Assembly: GCA_030324005.1 (NCBI GenBank)
Contig: JARDVH010000157.1
Span: 7,391,896 to 7,455,895, forward strand
Origin: Negaprion brevirostris
Lineage: Eukaryota
Direction of reading: 5' to 3'
Length of the DNA stretch: 64,000 nt
Of this stretch, positions 1 to 13,260 are shown piece after piece (the first letter of the stretch is position 1; each line of letters begins with the position of its first letter). The notes under the pieces are model-generated. The model searched no databases, was not told the origin of the DNA, and worked only from the letters and a program-made list of their open reading frames with translations. The position numbers and the translations under genes are program-made.

Positions 1-1448
1 TCCTTCGCCCCTTCCTTTGCCCTCTCTCTCCTCCCAGGCTGAAAACCCTAGGGACACTGCTGTCTTTCGTGATCTCATTGATGAGGAACAGCTACGTGGA
101 GAAGACACGGAGATGGCTAGGTCCATGGGTGGGAAAATTGAGACTGGGAAGGAAAACCTCAGTGCATTCTGGATGGAAGGCCTACCTGTGGACAGACCAC
201 TATTGCTTTGGATGTAATGGACAGTAAACTAAATGAAAGTGGCTGTGAAAAATATTCCGAAGTGATGCTAGGTATCATGATTGACATGGTTTTTGTGCAA
301 GTTAGTCATATTTTTGCTACCAACCAATATTTTGCTTTGTGTAAAAGCTTGATTTAGAGCTGTGATATCGCTATGATGATGCCAAATTAACATCTTGTAG
401 TTCCGAGAAAAAGGACAATAATCAGTCAGCTTTTCTGATGAAACCTGTGAGCAAAGTGCTGCAACCTTTATTATGCATTTCATGTATTCTGTTATATTTG
501 CGAACTCTACCAATAGAAATATAAAGTAAGGGAAAGAGTTCAAGTAATGCCCCTATATTGAATAAATATTTAGAATATTTAAATTTTATGAGCGGAATAA
601 GCTGTGCAACACAGATGTTGTGAAGGCCTTATTTTCATTAAGTTTTACATGGAGCTTCTTGTGCAAGCCAAGGCAAAGGACACTGTATCTTCAGTCTCCC
701 TACAGAGAGTAATATCTAAATAAAGGAGATTGGTTCTAACATTTACATAGAGAGCAAATCATTTCCTGAACATCTGATAGGTTTGTGCAGTATTTTCCTG
801 CCAGGGACTGTCTGCCTGATGAGCGTAATATTCATAGTCCCAAGAAATTGCAGAGATGACAGATGGCCAAATTGCCTTCAAAGCTAGTTGAGGTTTCAAA
901 TATAAATAGTGTAGGCAATAGCTGTGACTGCCTGGGCCAAACAAAGGATCTGCCCACCATAGCCAAGGCAACATCTGTGGCCACTTGCACCATTTTGTTA
1001 CGTATTGATCTGAAAAGATTGTTGTCGGGCAGTAACCATACAGAGGATTTCCACCTAAAAGCTTGTTTTCAGCAGCTGTGATTATGCACATTGCTAAATG
1101 TCTTGTGACAACAAAAGCTCCTTACAGTATGCCATTTTCCACAGTCAAGTTAAATCTATTGTGTGAGACTGTTTAAAAAAAAAACCTGAATTCTATTTTC
1201 CAATTTTTGTCATGTGTAAACTGATGTTCCTGTCTGATTTTGGGAAAGATAGTATCCCTTTGTTTTGTGTTTAGACGCTAATAATCTGTTCACCATAAGG
1301 CTATTTACAGTNNNNNNNNNNNNNNNNNNNNNNNNNNNNNNNNNNNNNNNNNNNNNNNNNNNNNNNNNNNNNNNNNNNNNNNNNNNNNNNNNNNNNNNNN
1401 NNNNNNNNNNNATTTGGGTTATTCTTTTTTCTGTGTGCCCCCCCCCCC

Positions 1449-1450
<2 letters not shown>

Positions 1451-1509
<59 letters not shown>
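1451..1509. repeat. (CA)n microsatellite
   Basis: Perfect CA run preceded by a poly-C tract. Confidence 0.99.
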
Positions 1510-1511
<2 letters not shown>

Positions 1512-2926
1512 CATCATATTTGTGGCAAATGTTTGGGCAGTTGGAAACTGGTTCCTGAGTTCCGAGTGTTTCATTTTTTGTTTATAAAATACATTTGTAG
1601 AAATAGGATAAACCAACGAACAAATTAAATATCTTTAAATGATCAAGTTACTTTTCTGTAATGCAGTAATTGTCAAATGTTTGTAAACTTGAAACCTCGT
1701 GCAGGTTTCCTTTTAAGTGTGGAAGTATTAATAAAATAAATTGTTCTGCAATTGTCCAACATTCACCCCCGTTCTTTTTAAACTTCCAGATTTTATCAAA
1801 TGGATGAATTGACATTGGAGATATTTAAAATAAACTGTACCGTCTAGAGAAATGAGAAAATGAACACGTTATATGCTCTATAACATTAATTTCTTTCTTG
1901 CTGTTGATGTTCTCTCACCTTTCTGTTCAGAGACCTCCAATGGAAATAGGTTTGGCTCTGTCGGGACTGACGAATATTAGGTAATTCATCCCAATTTGAG
2001 CTTTATCCAGGACTGTTTCAGACTAATGCACTCCCACTCTCTCCTCTCTATTTGCATACCTCCCTATTTCTTCTCTTCTGTTAATGTTTATATCTATTCA
2101 TTTCTGTTTTTGCCACCATTCTTTGTTGGATTTACACCTCCTTTTGCTCTCCTGATATGTTTAAGGTACTGGTGTAAAGGGGTTTATTTTCTGCTAGTAC
2201 AGTATAGTATGTCACTATTCACACTTGCATGAAGCAATTAGATGGTTGTTTTTAAAGTTCAGTTTGACTAACTGCAATTAGCATTTTTCCTGTGTTCCAG
2301 CAGATGACATTTCTTATTTATCCTGTGGGCCGACATAAAGATTTGTAAGGGCAAAAAACCCATAAATTGTCATGCTGAGTGTGTTGCCCTTGCGGCAGTC
2401 TCTTTTTGTACTGTGTACAGTTCCCTGTATTTATTTTCCTGTTGCCAGTATGTGACAGCCCTTTCAGCTGGTTAATATCAATTAAAGAAGCATTGCATTA
2501 TTTCAATTTATTGTAATTGTCCAGTTTGAAGCACTCTTTATAGTCTAATGTTTTCAATATTGCAAGGTTATTTTCACTACTTCATTTGCTGGCCAGTAAA
2601 GGATTATATAGCTTTCTGGTTTATCTGTCTAAAATTTATTCTTGGGAGTTTAGAAGTGCTATTTGCACACCTGGGAAATGCTTTTTGAATGAACCCTCCC
2701 CCAAACTAGCCAGGCAGAACCATAAACTTTAAAGTTATGAAGTCAATACAGGAACCTGTAATTTCCATTTTAGGACCCATATCCTGTATATCAATTGGCT
2801 ATTGGCACCAAGGCTGACTCAGTGATCCTGTCGTCACTCACTTGGCCAGAGTATCCAACCCTATTGCCAGCTGCCTGGATATTGATACACCCTTAGTCAT
2901 GATAAATCTACTTTTCCATGCATACA

Positions 2927-3275
2927 GGGCAGCATAATGGCACAGTGGTTAGTGCTGCCCCTCAGCACCAGGGACCTGGGTTTGATTCCTGCCTTGGGTC
3001 ATTGTCTGTGTGGAGTTTGCGCATTCTCCCCGTGTCAGTGTGAGTTTCTGCCGGGTGCTCCGGTTTCTTCCCACAGTCCTACGATGTGACAGTTAGGTGG
3101 ATTAGCCATTCTAAATTGCCTGTTAGTGTCCCAAGATGTGTAGATTAGGGGGATTATTTGGGTAAATACATGGAGATACAGAGATCAGGCTTGTTTGGGA
3201 TGCTCTGCCGGAGAGTCAATGCAGACTTGTTGGGCTGAATGGCCTCCTCCTGCACTGTAGGGATTCTTTAATTCT
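2927..3275 (+). mobile_element. tRNA-derived V-SINE (HE1-like), near full length
   Basis: A box tggcacagtggttag, B box ggtttgattcc, V-domain gtggagtttgcgcattctccccgtg...ccggtttcttcccacag, CR1-like tail gggctgaatggcctcctcctgcactgtagggattct. Confidence 0.9.
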
Positions 3276-3435
3276 GTGACCATGGGCTTATTTGCCATAG
3301 ACACTAGAATACTCCAATGTTTTGTTTCTGTGAGGAAGTTTAATCTAGATGATAATCTTTTCATTGTCTAAGGGCTATTTTTTTCATCTGTTAGATGTAC
3401 TTGCAAACTGCATATTTGTGATTATCACTAATACA

Positions 3436-3560
3436 AAAGCACAGTACAGCGGATGCTGGAAATCTGAAGTGTTCTGATGAAAGGTCATTTGATCTGAAAC
3501 GTTAAGTCTGCTTCTCTCCATGGATGCTGCCTGACCTGCTGAGTTTTTTTCAGCGTTTTA
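3436..3560 (+). mobile_element. Penelope-type short repeat with a degenerate hammerhead motif
   Basis: ggatgctggaaatctgaa...ctgatgaaaggtcatttgatctgaaacgtt...gatgctgcctgacctgctgag. Related copies at about 36432 and 49711. Confidence 0.65.
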
Positions 3561-4039
3561 AAAAGATTTTAAATCGTTTTTAAACGATTCCCACTTTTAC
3601 TGGAGGAGGTAATGCTAGTTCCTGGACGTCATGAAGAAATGTGGCGGCAGGCAGATTATGTGAATGCTAAACATGTTTCAAAACCTGTTGTGTCGACTGC
3701 AATTGACCAATTTGTAGACCACATGATTTGTATCCTACAGACAGCAAACCTTTGTGGATTCTATTTTTGCACTGGTTTCATTTTGTTGATCAATCTTGAA
3801 CATAAAATGCATCCCAGCAAAGGTTCTTGATAGTAGTACTCATTCTAATATTAGATGGGCTGAGCAGAAAGCCAGATGACCTACCTTGCAGTGTTAAAGT
3901 GAAGTATCCTAATGGTAATACTTTCCCAATCAAATCCTACTCTGTTTAATTATATTAATGATTATTTTATCAATTTTTCAAGGCTTCATTTTAGGACTTG
4001 TGAAGAAAGAACTGGAAAAAAAAGGGAAGGAGAGGAATC

Positions 4040-5435
4040 AATTTTTTAGGAAATAATAGCAGCATATTTGGAAAATCATAGTCTAATCAAGCAGAGTCAG
4101 CGTGGCTTCATGAAAGGGAAACAGTGTCTGACAANNNNNNNNNNNNNNNNNNNNNNNNNNNNNNNNNNNNNNNNNNNNNNNNNNNNNNNNNNNNNNNNNN
4201 NNNNNNNNNNNNNNNNNNNNNNNNNNNNNNAGCCCAACTTGTCCATGCCCTCTTTTTTTTAAACAACTAAGCAGGTCCCAATTGCCTGCTCTTGGCCCAT
4301 ATCTAATAGGGTCATAAATGTGTTGTATTTGGATTCTAGGTGTTTGACCAGGTATCTTACAAAATGTTAAGTCATAAGAGAGCCTATGGTTTTGGAGGTA
4401 GTGTATTGACATGGATAGAGGATTGGTTAATGAGCAGGAAACCGTGAATGGGGGTAAGGGGTTCTTTTTCAAGTAACCAGTGGGGTTCCACAAGAATTGG
4501 TGCTGGGACTGCAACTGTTTAGAATATATATTATTAACTTAGAGGAAGGAAGAGATTGTACTGTAGCCAAATTTGCAGATGAGCCAAAAAGGTGAAATGG
4601 CAAATTGTGAGAGGGATACAGTTTACAAAGGAGTATTGATAGGTTGAGTGAATGGATAAAAAGTTGAAATGGAGTATGATGTGGGAAAATGTGAAGTTGA
4701 TAATTTTGGAAGGGAGAACAAAAGAATTGAGTATTATTTAAAAATTGCAGAAAGTTGCAGTGAAAAGGGACTTAGGGGTATTTCTCCATGAAGCACAGAA
4801 AGCTAGTACATGGGTGCAGCAGGTAATCAGGGAGATTAGCGGAATGTTGGCCCTTATTCAAGGGGATTGGAGTGTAGGCATAGGGAAGTCTTGGTCTAAT
4901 TGTACAAGGTACTGGTGAGACCACATCTGGAGCAACATGAGCAGTTTTGATCCCCTTATTTAAGGAAAGATACTGGAGGCGGTTCCCAAGGTTCTCGAGG
5001 ATGATCCCCAGTACGGATGGTTTGTCTTATGACAAAAAGTCAAACAGGTTGGGACCCGACTCATTGGAATTTAAAACAAAGAGAGGTGATCTCATTGAAA
5101 AATAAAGGATTCTTAAGGGGCTTGACAGAGTAAATGCTGAGAGGATGCTTCCCCTCACGGAGAGTCTAAGACCAGAGGGCAGTCTCAGAATAAAGGGGCC
5201 CCAATTTAAGACTGAGGTGAGGAGGGATTTCTTTCTGAGCGTTGTGTGTGTTTGGAACTCCTTGCAACAGCGAGCCGTGTAAATTTAAGGCTGGTGGATT
5301 TTTGATCAGTAAGGGAATCGAGGGTTATGGGGAAAGAGTGGGAAAGTGAACTTCAGGAACTTTGGATCAGCCATCATCTTAGTCAATGGCAGAGCAGACT
5401 TGAGGGGCTGAACGGCATACTCCTGTTCCTGTTGC
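4040..5435 (+). mobile_element. CR1 LINE, degenerate RT plus 3' UTR, with a small minus-strand CR1 tail at about 4231-4305
   Basis: ENHSLIKQSQRGFMKGKQCLT, GVPQ..VLG, KFADE, LVRPHLE motifs; 3' end gaggggctgaacggcatactcctgttcct. Many frameshifts. Confidence 0.9.
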
Positions 5436-7852
5436 TGAATAGAGGGAAAGAAATGCTGTGAATAGTGCCAAGTTGTCAAAAAAGGTGCATTCCTATTATG
5501 GATTTGGTTATCCTGGCATTCTCTGGACGATATGCAGGTCATTCTTTGGTTCAGAGAATGAAACGCTAAGTAGACATCAATAATAGGAATATTGGACTCC
5601 TGTATTTTCGATGTAACAATTCCTAACCCTGTTATAGGTACATCTGTGGATTTAACAAATTGCGGAGATTCTCATGTTTATGGAAACACAGGAGACTGGA
5701 AAGAACAGCAACTATTGCATATTTTAATATATTTAAAGCTGTATGATGTCAGAATTTTTTAATCTTCTGATATTTAAATAATGTGCTCATGGGGGGAAAG
5801 ACTGATTTTAAAATTGGCTCTATTTTGAAGCTCTAAGGCTACAGAATGATTTTTTGACAAAATAAATTTGAGATGATTGTCCCAATCTCAACTAAATGCA
5901 AGAAAACCCAACTTTACCTTGGAATAATGGGATGTAGAGATTGATTTGGGAGAAGCATTCTTTGTGTGTTATCACAAAGGCTTTCTATCCTTAATCAGCT
6001 CCCATTCTATGGTGGGGGGGGGGGAATAGTTTAAAACTGTACTTAATGCTGGGCTTCTTTGTTATCTGTTGANNNNNNNNNNNNNNNNNNNNNNNNNNNN
6101 NNNNNNNNNNNNNNNNNNNNNNNNNNNNNNNNNNNNNNGAAAACGCTTGCATTTTAATGTTATTTTGACCAAATCAAAACCAGTTTTTTTGTTTTGCTTC
6201 CCAGGGAGTCATTACTTTAATGAGTACTTGTGAAATAACTAAAAATTGTGGGCTATTCAGCTGCAAAGGGTCACATTCCTGTACTGCAGCTGTTGAGTAA
6301 GTTCCCGATGAGATTAGCTTTCAACCTTTGAACTGGGGAATTTTACTTCTCCCTTCTGTCAGTTTTGTTGTTGTGAATTTGTTACTCTTATCTGCCGTGT
6401 GTTCAATAGAAAATGTGATGAATCGCTACGAACGTATCTATAGATATTGGCTGAAGCACCAGAACAGAAGAAAGTAAACGTTAGTATTTGCTGAAGCTGC
6501 CATGAAATATTTAATGCCAAAGATTTGCATTCAAAGCTGCCTTTAATGCCATGGCTTTTGAAAGAACAAAGCTTCCTTTGAGCACTGGTGTCACAAAAAG
6601 GTTTAACATTTGAGAGGATCTGTACTTAACCTAATTCATGCTGTGCGGGTATAGTCTCGCTGCTCTTGTTTTAAATCTACCAAATTTATAGTGGTGAGTA
6701 AATGCAAGTAGTATTTAAGGTTTTCAAAATGAAATTCACAAATGCTGCCCCTAAAAAAAAGTTGAAGGACTGCGTTAATTATATGTTTGGAGCGTTACTG
6801 TGACTGTAGCATTTGCCTTATTATAAATTGGTCCATAATATTTGATTTGAGTGTAAGAAAATACAGAGCAGACACGTTCATTAAAAATTTAAAAAGCGAT
6901 ATTGTGAAATCTGGTTGCAAAGTGTCACGTGCCACTGTACCTACCCACCACCGCCCCCCCCAGCCCCGCCTTGCTGTGCCGCAGAGTTAAAATGTGGATT
7001 TGTACATTGTACAGTATGGTTTCTTTTGTGCTAGCGCTGAAAACGAGGCCAGGTGGTTTTCCTGTGAAATTGTGGGTAAAACCAGATGGTGCATCACCAA
7101 TGGCGGTGGTTGTACATCCCCGAGGTAGTGACATTGTGGGAAAGATTGGGAATATATTATCTGCTTGGTCTTTTGGCTGGGGTGAAGGGGGTTGGTTGAG
7201 TGGGGAGGAGGAGGGGTGGTCAGTGATGATATTACAGACAGATGAACTAACAAGGGAATATATGAAATGGCCCCCATAGGTATGAGTATTAGACAGAATA
7301 GGATATTTTGTAGCAACAGAATGTGAATACGCTCCCTTGAATAGGTTGCAAATATCATTGTTCAGTGTAGCATGCAAATATCATTTCTCCTTTTTTTCTG
7401 TACTGTTTGTTGATAGTTAGCGTTAAGATAGCTGTGTACATGGGATAGAAGTGAGAAAATGTAGATTAACTGCCAAAGAATTAATAATGTCCAGTTGTTG
7501 CTGCTTCCCACCTCCCCACAGCCCCTGTCAAACATCTATGGGGTCTTCATGCAGCACTGTTCCTTTGATTTGCAGATTGGCATCAAGGATGTTCTACTTT
7601 ACAATGTTGGTCTCCTTATCTGAGGAAGGATGTTCTCGGTCTAATGTGAGCGCAGAGAAGGTTTACCAGACTGATTCCCTGGATGGTGGGATTGATATAC
7701 AAACAGAGATTAAGTCGGTTAGCANNNNNNNNNNNNNNNNNNNNNNNNNNNNNNNNNNNNNNNNNNNNNNNNNNNNNNNNNNNNNNNNNNNNNNNNNNNN
7801 NNNNNNNNNNNNNNNNNNNNNNNNNNNNNNNNNNNNNNNNNNNNNNNNNNNN

Positions 7853-8087
7853 AGGATATAGGATAGACAAAGATGAGGAGAAATTTCTTCACCCAGACAG
7901 TGGTCACCCAATGGAATTAGCTACCACAGAAAGTAGCTGAGGCCAAAACGTTGAATGTTTTCCAAGAAGCCGTTAGATATAGCTTTTGAGATGAAAGGGA
8001 TCAGTGGGTGAGGCTATTGATTTGAATGATCAGCCATGACTCGAAAGGCCGAATGACCCACTCCTGCACCTGTTTTGTATATTTCTA
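7853..8087 (+). mobile_element. CR1 LINE 3' end
   Basis: gatgaggagaaatttcttcacccagacagtggt...aaggccgaatgacccactcctgcacct. Confidence 0.8.
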
Positions 8088-8918
8088 CCCAATTGTTGAA
8101 CTGATGGGGTAGCTAACTCCCCAGATTTACTTTGTGAAACTGGCTTAATCTGTAGCTGCACTTTTACATAGGCCTGTGCAACTCTTGGTTCTCTGAGCAG
8201 AGATGGGTGTTTGTAGTAATGTAGTAGAGCTGATTCACATCTCCCCTCAGCTTCTGTAATACAAAAACATCTTTCAATAAATTTATTAAATCTAAGACCC
8301 TGACTACTACTTAATTATCTTTTGGCCAAAATATGCTAATTTGCATTATTTTAGTCTACATGTGAAACCAGTACACAATAAACATGTTGCTTCCTCCCTC
8401 CCATCACCAAACTATTGTTAATTGAATATTCTGTGAATAGATTGATTAGTGCAATGTTAAATAAAGCCTTTGTCATAATGTAAAATATACATGAAAATAT
8501 TTGTGATACATGGTTTTCTTTGTGATTTGCATTACTTTGGAATAAAAATCTCCTATTTACGCATTAACCAACTTGAAGCTAGATTAACCCACATTTCTTA
8601 ATTTTGAAGTATTGCCCAGAATGACTTAAAAATGAAAAATCTGCTACCATTTCTCATGTAATTACTGAGGCAAAGTAGAAAATGCTGGATCTGTTTACAA
8701 TTTCAGAGCTGTCAGACATGTGGCTGTGATTAGGATCACAGGCAACTATCAGATGCTTGTGTTTTAGTTACATCCACATGAATGAGAGCCCCAAAGGTAA
8801 ACCCATACAACAAACATCGCTGGAGAATTATTGCTTTCGAACTGAGAGAAGTGTGGTGTCATTCAATGTTAACGTCTGGGCCTTTGACAAAGTGAAACTT
8901 TTGCACATTTGGGGGGTT

Positions 8919-9675
8919 GGGTGCAATTTTCTGGCCCCATCCAATGTGAGCCTGTTATGGCCAGAAACACACTCAAGAGAGTTACAATGGGATTTGTAAC
9001 AGGGAGATTTCAGAATGAGATCTTCCCTATTCCTGGCCTGCGACATAATCAGGTTCACACCCTTCCCAATTATCATATATTTAAATATACATGCATTGCA
9101 AATTCAGCTGAATGCCATCTCATCACAGAATGTCAGGTGTTCCCACACGCTGGTGGGAATCACTACTGGTCTCCAAAAATGGAGACATGATCACACCAAA
9201 GCTTGGAGTCCAGTGTAGGCCCTAGGGTGGCCAGGAATATGCCCTGGCAGTGGCAACCTGACAGTGCCATTTGGCAATGCCAGGGATGGGCCTGTTGATG
9301 AACCCATAGCGGGGTTCACTTGCACAGGGGGTGGGAGGGATGCTGGCGGTTGGTGGGAGTGGGGTTCTTAACATTAAATTGAGATTGGGTGTTCTTTTAA
9401 AAAAAGATAACCCTGATCTCTGAGGAACCAGACTCAGCATCTTTAGGCTCTGCCCCCCTCAATGGCAGTGCTAAACACACCCCGCCATCCACAAAAAAAT
9501 GACAAGTGTTGGAAGATGGGGATTGTGGCGTCCAGGCCAGCGGGAATTGCAATGGATTTCCCATCCACGATGACACTTTGTAATTTTCTTTGGAAATTCT
9601 ACCTGAGTGTCGTAACGGTCTGAAGTTGCAGCTAACTCGCATCATTCATTGGAAGGCAAACCGAAAATTTCACAT
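8919..9675. mobile_element. GC-rich probable non-autonomous DNA transposon (Harbinger-like)
   Basis: GC-rich block bounded by gggtgcaattttc and gaaaatttcac (imperfect inverted termini); internal ggcagtgcc-type motifs. Confidence 0.35.
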
Positions 9676-9684
9676 GGTGAAATA

Positions 9685-10480
9685 TACCTCCTCCTCCTTC
9701 TCAACCATTCTGAATCCTTCATCATCATAGGTCACAACATCGTCCTTCAGGCCATCTCCTCAGTAGAACTGCCTTGGCTCAATTCAATTCCTACCTGTCT
9801 AATTGTAGCCACAGAATTGCCTGTGAGAGCCACTCCTTCAACTCTAGCAGTTACCTCTAGAGTTCTCCAACGATCTATCCCTGATCTCCTCCTGTTTCTC
9901 AAATATGTTGATATTGGCAAACACATCAGGAAGATTCAGATCTTCCCATACTTTGTCATTTATGCCATGGCACTCTACTTATCTCATCATCTCATCATCA
10001 TCTCTTTAGACCCTCCAGTATCTCTGATTTGTCACACTGCCTGTCTGATATTCAATATTGGATGAGTAGAAATTTCCTCCAACTAAATGGTGGGAAGACT
10101 AAAACCATTATCTCTGGTCCCTGCCCCAAACTCTGTTCTCTGACCACTTTCCACCCCTGGGAACAGCTTTAAGCTGAGTAAATATGCGTCGTTTGCCTCC
10201 AGCATAAGTTTCCAACAACGTACCTGCACCATCACCATGATTGCCCACTTCTACCTCCTTAAGATTGCCTAACTCGTTCCCTGCCTGTTAGCTCATCTGC
10301 TGCTGAAATCTCCATTATCCTGAAGTGTGATTATTCCACTGCTTGTCTAGCTAGCCTTTTATCTTGCCCTTGGCCTAAACTTGCATCTATTTGCAAACTT
10401 TGTTGCCTGTTGCTCAACTTGCTGCGAACCTCTTTCACCATCATCCCTGTGCTTGTGCCTTTGACTGATGGGTCTCTGTG
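9685..10480 (+). mobile_element. Old L2-type LINE RT fragment
   Basis: C-rich decayed RT resembling LLLLD.S.AFD.V.H.ILL and PQGS.LGPLLF; ggatgagtagaaatttcctccaactaaat...gggaagactaaaacc. Confidence 0.6.
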
Positions 10481-11640
10481 ATCTTTATTGAGCTTAATCG
10501 AAGGAAAGTCAGGGACATCCATTTAATTTTTTTCTTAATTTGTTTGCCTGGACACTGATTTAGGAAGCAATATTGAAGATATAATTCATGGTGCCAGCAG
10601 TGTTCAAGTTATCTGGCCAAGTGAGATACCAGTTCCAGCTGTCAACTCTTCAATGTCCACCAATCTTTTTGGGTATATTATCGTCAAATACATGTTTATG
10701 GACTTGGGGCAGTTATTATAAAGAAGTGGACTAATATTCCTTTTAGGAGACCAAGTAACATAATATTCTCTCGTTCATCCTTTGAGGCCAAGATGACCAT
10801 ATTTATCACCTAAAGTGTTTAGTAGGTTATGTAGGTGACTGCTAAGATTGATCGTGCTTAGAAGATTTTGCTACAAATAGGACAGACAGGTGACTGCAGA
10901 TAATTGACTTTTGGTGAGTTGCTGGCTCAAAATTTCCACTCCATGTGATTTCTCTCTGCCTCCGATACATGCCGGCCTTCAAAGCAGACTCCATTTTTAT
11001 TTGGATGCATAGGTGCAGCAATTCTGGGTGAGTTTCTCCCAGGACACTTACGTTGTTGTCAAAACTCTGATGTGAAATCTTCAGGGTGTCCTTGTAGTAC
11101 TGCCTTTGACCACGGCAAGACTGTAGCCCAGACTCAAGCTCTCTATCTAATACCCTGAATGTATAGAACAGCTGATGTTTCTCGTTTTTCCCCATTTAAT
11201 GTTGCACTTTGAAATGAAGCCCCGGTCCTGAATTAAAGCATTTGTGGGAAGGGTATGGGGCTTATTCAGGCAGTGTAATGTCTGCATGATAAACACATTT
11301 TGTGCACTTTCACCAATTCAGGCACATTACTGACCTTTCTCTGTCCTTGTAAGAAGCAAAAATTAATAAATTATTTTCAGGTTAGTAATCTCATGTTTAT
11401 GGGATTTGACATGTTAGGCTGAACGCCACCTCTATTTATTCTGTTTAGCGTTTCATTCTGTAGTTTGTAGTCTAAAATGCATTTTTAGAAGTAGACAATG
11501 AACCATATCTTCCTAGGAATGGGAATCACCGTTGGATTTCCTATTTTATACATGTCACTGGAACTCTGCAATTCTCACCTGAAGATCTGAATTGGGCCTG
11601 TTCAGAACTGTGAAGAGTGCCTGTTTTGGGGGTTCTTTTT

Positions 11641-12195
11641 GATTTGATTTGATTTATTATTTTCACATGTATTGGTATACAGTGAAAAGTTTTGTTTCTT
11701 GCTTGCTATACAGATAAAGCATACCATTCATAAAAAAGGAAATGAGAGAGTGCAGAGTGTAATGTTACAGCCATAGTTAGGCTGCAGAAAAAGACCAACT
11801 TAATGCGAGGTAGGTCCATTCAAAAGTCTGGTGGCAGCAGGGAAGAAACTGTTCTTGAGTCGGTTGGTATGTGTCCTCAGACTTTTGTATCTTTTTCCTG
11901 GTGGAAGAGAGAATGTCTGGAGTGTGTGGAATCTTTAATTATACTGGCTGCTTTGCCGAGGCAGTGGGGAGTGTAAACAGAGTCAATGGATGGGAGGCTG
12001 GTTTGAGTGATGGATTGGGCTATATTCACGACCTTTTGCAGTTTCTTGCAGTCTTGGACAGAGCAGGAGCCATACCAAGCCGTGACACAACCAGAAAGGA
12101 TGCTTTCTATGGTGCATCTGTACAAGTTGGTGAGAGTCGTAGCTGATGTGCCAAATTTCCTTGGTCTTCTGAGAAAGTAGAGGTGTTGGGGCAGG
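11641..12195 (-). mobile_element. Rex1/Babar-type LINE 3' fragment
   Basis: Minus ORF LYFLRRPRKFG..TLTNLYRCTIESILSGCVTAWYGSCS..KKLQKVV; tail repeat (aaatc)n. Confidence 0.85.
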
Positions 12196-12489
12196 ATCAT
12201 CAGGGAAGCTAAGCCACACCCCCCTTTTACACCAACTGCCGTAAATGGGGTCAGTGGGAGGTAGAGGTTTTAACCCCGGAGTTTTTCCTGTTCAACATTT
12301 CCTGGGTAGCGATTCTGGTAAGTGAATCAAAACCCTCCATATTTCCAACTCTAAATCATTGTTGGAGACTTTTTCTGAAATGCTCCGATGCAGGGGAATT
12401 GCTCATTAGAAGTTGAAATTTCCCAGGCCATTTCGACAGAGGTATTTCGTTGGGGCAATCAGTGGGCCCCCCAGTGCATCCTCCAGAGT

Positions 12490-13260
12490 ATTTGTTGCTC
12501 ATCCCTAATTGTCCTTAAGGAGATAGTGATAAATCAGTGTCTTGAATCCCTGCAGTCTGTGTGTCTTAAGGTATTCCCACAGTCCTGCTGGGGAAAGATT
12601 GCGGGATTTTGGCCCAGCGGCAACAAAGGAAAAGCAATATATTTCTGAGTCTTTGTTCGATGTGATGGAAGGAAAGTTAGAAGGAAGTAATATTCCTATG
12701 AGCCCGCTGCCCTAGTCCTTTGGATACTAAAGCTTGTGAGTTTGGAAAGTGCTGCCAAAGAAGTCTTGACAAGTTGCTGCAGTTGATGGTACACACTGCA
12801 GACACTGAGGACCACTGATGGAAGGCGTGAATGTTCAATGAGATGGATGTGTTGCCAATCAAATGCGCTACTTTTTCCTTGAAGGTATCAAGCTTCTTGA
12901 ATGTTGTTGGGAGTTCTGTCACCCAAGCAAGTGGAGAGGAAGGGGAGTCAATGGATCAATCATTCGTCCTAGAATGCCCAGCCTTAAAGCCTTTCTTGAA
13001 GTCACTGTATTTATGTGAATATTTTAGTTAAGTGGTGATCCCCAGGACGTAGATGTGGGAATTTAGAACGATAGTGCAATTGAATTCAATGGGAGGTGAT
13101 TTGACACTCTCAGAAAAGTGTCGTTACTTGGCAGCTGTGTGGTTGCTGGTCACTTAGCAGGCTAAGGCCTAAATGTTGTCCAGTGTTGCTCTGTACATAG
13201 GTACAGACTGCCTCATTATCTAATGAGTGCGAGTGGAACTGACCACCATATATACAGTGA
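12490..13260 (-). mobile_element. CR1/L2-group LINE 3' fragment (same family as 55945-58350)
   Basis: Minus ORF PTTFKKLDTFKEKVAHLIG...LSRLLWQHFPN. Confidence 0.75.

Noticed and set aside
3575-3592. Short hairpin aatcgttt-tt-aaacgatt
   Set aside because: AT-rich 8-bp stem, expected by chance or slippage.
6925-7000. Pro-rich PTTAPPSPALLC as a homologue of the mammalian RERE alternative exon
   Set aside because: Only low-complexity similarity and no convincing splice sites.
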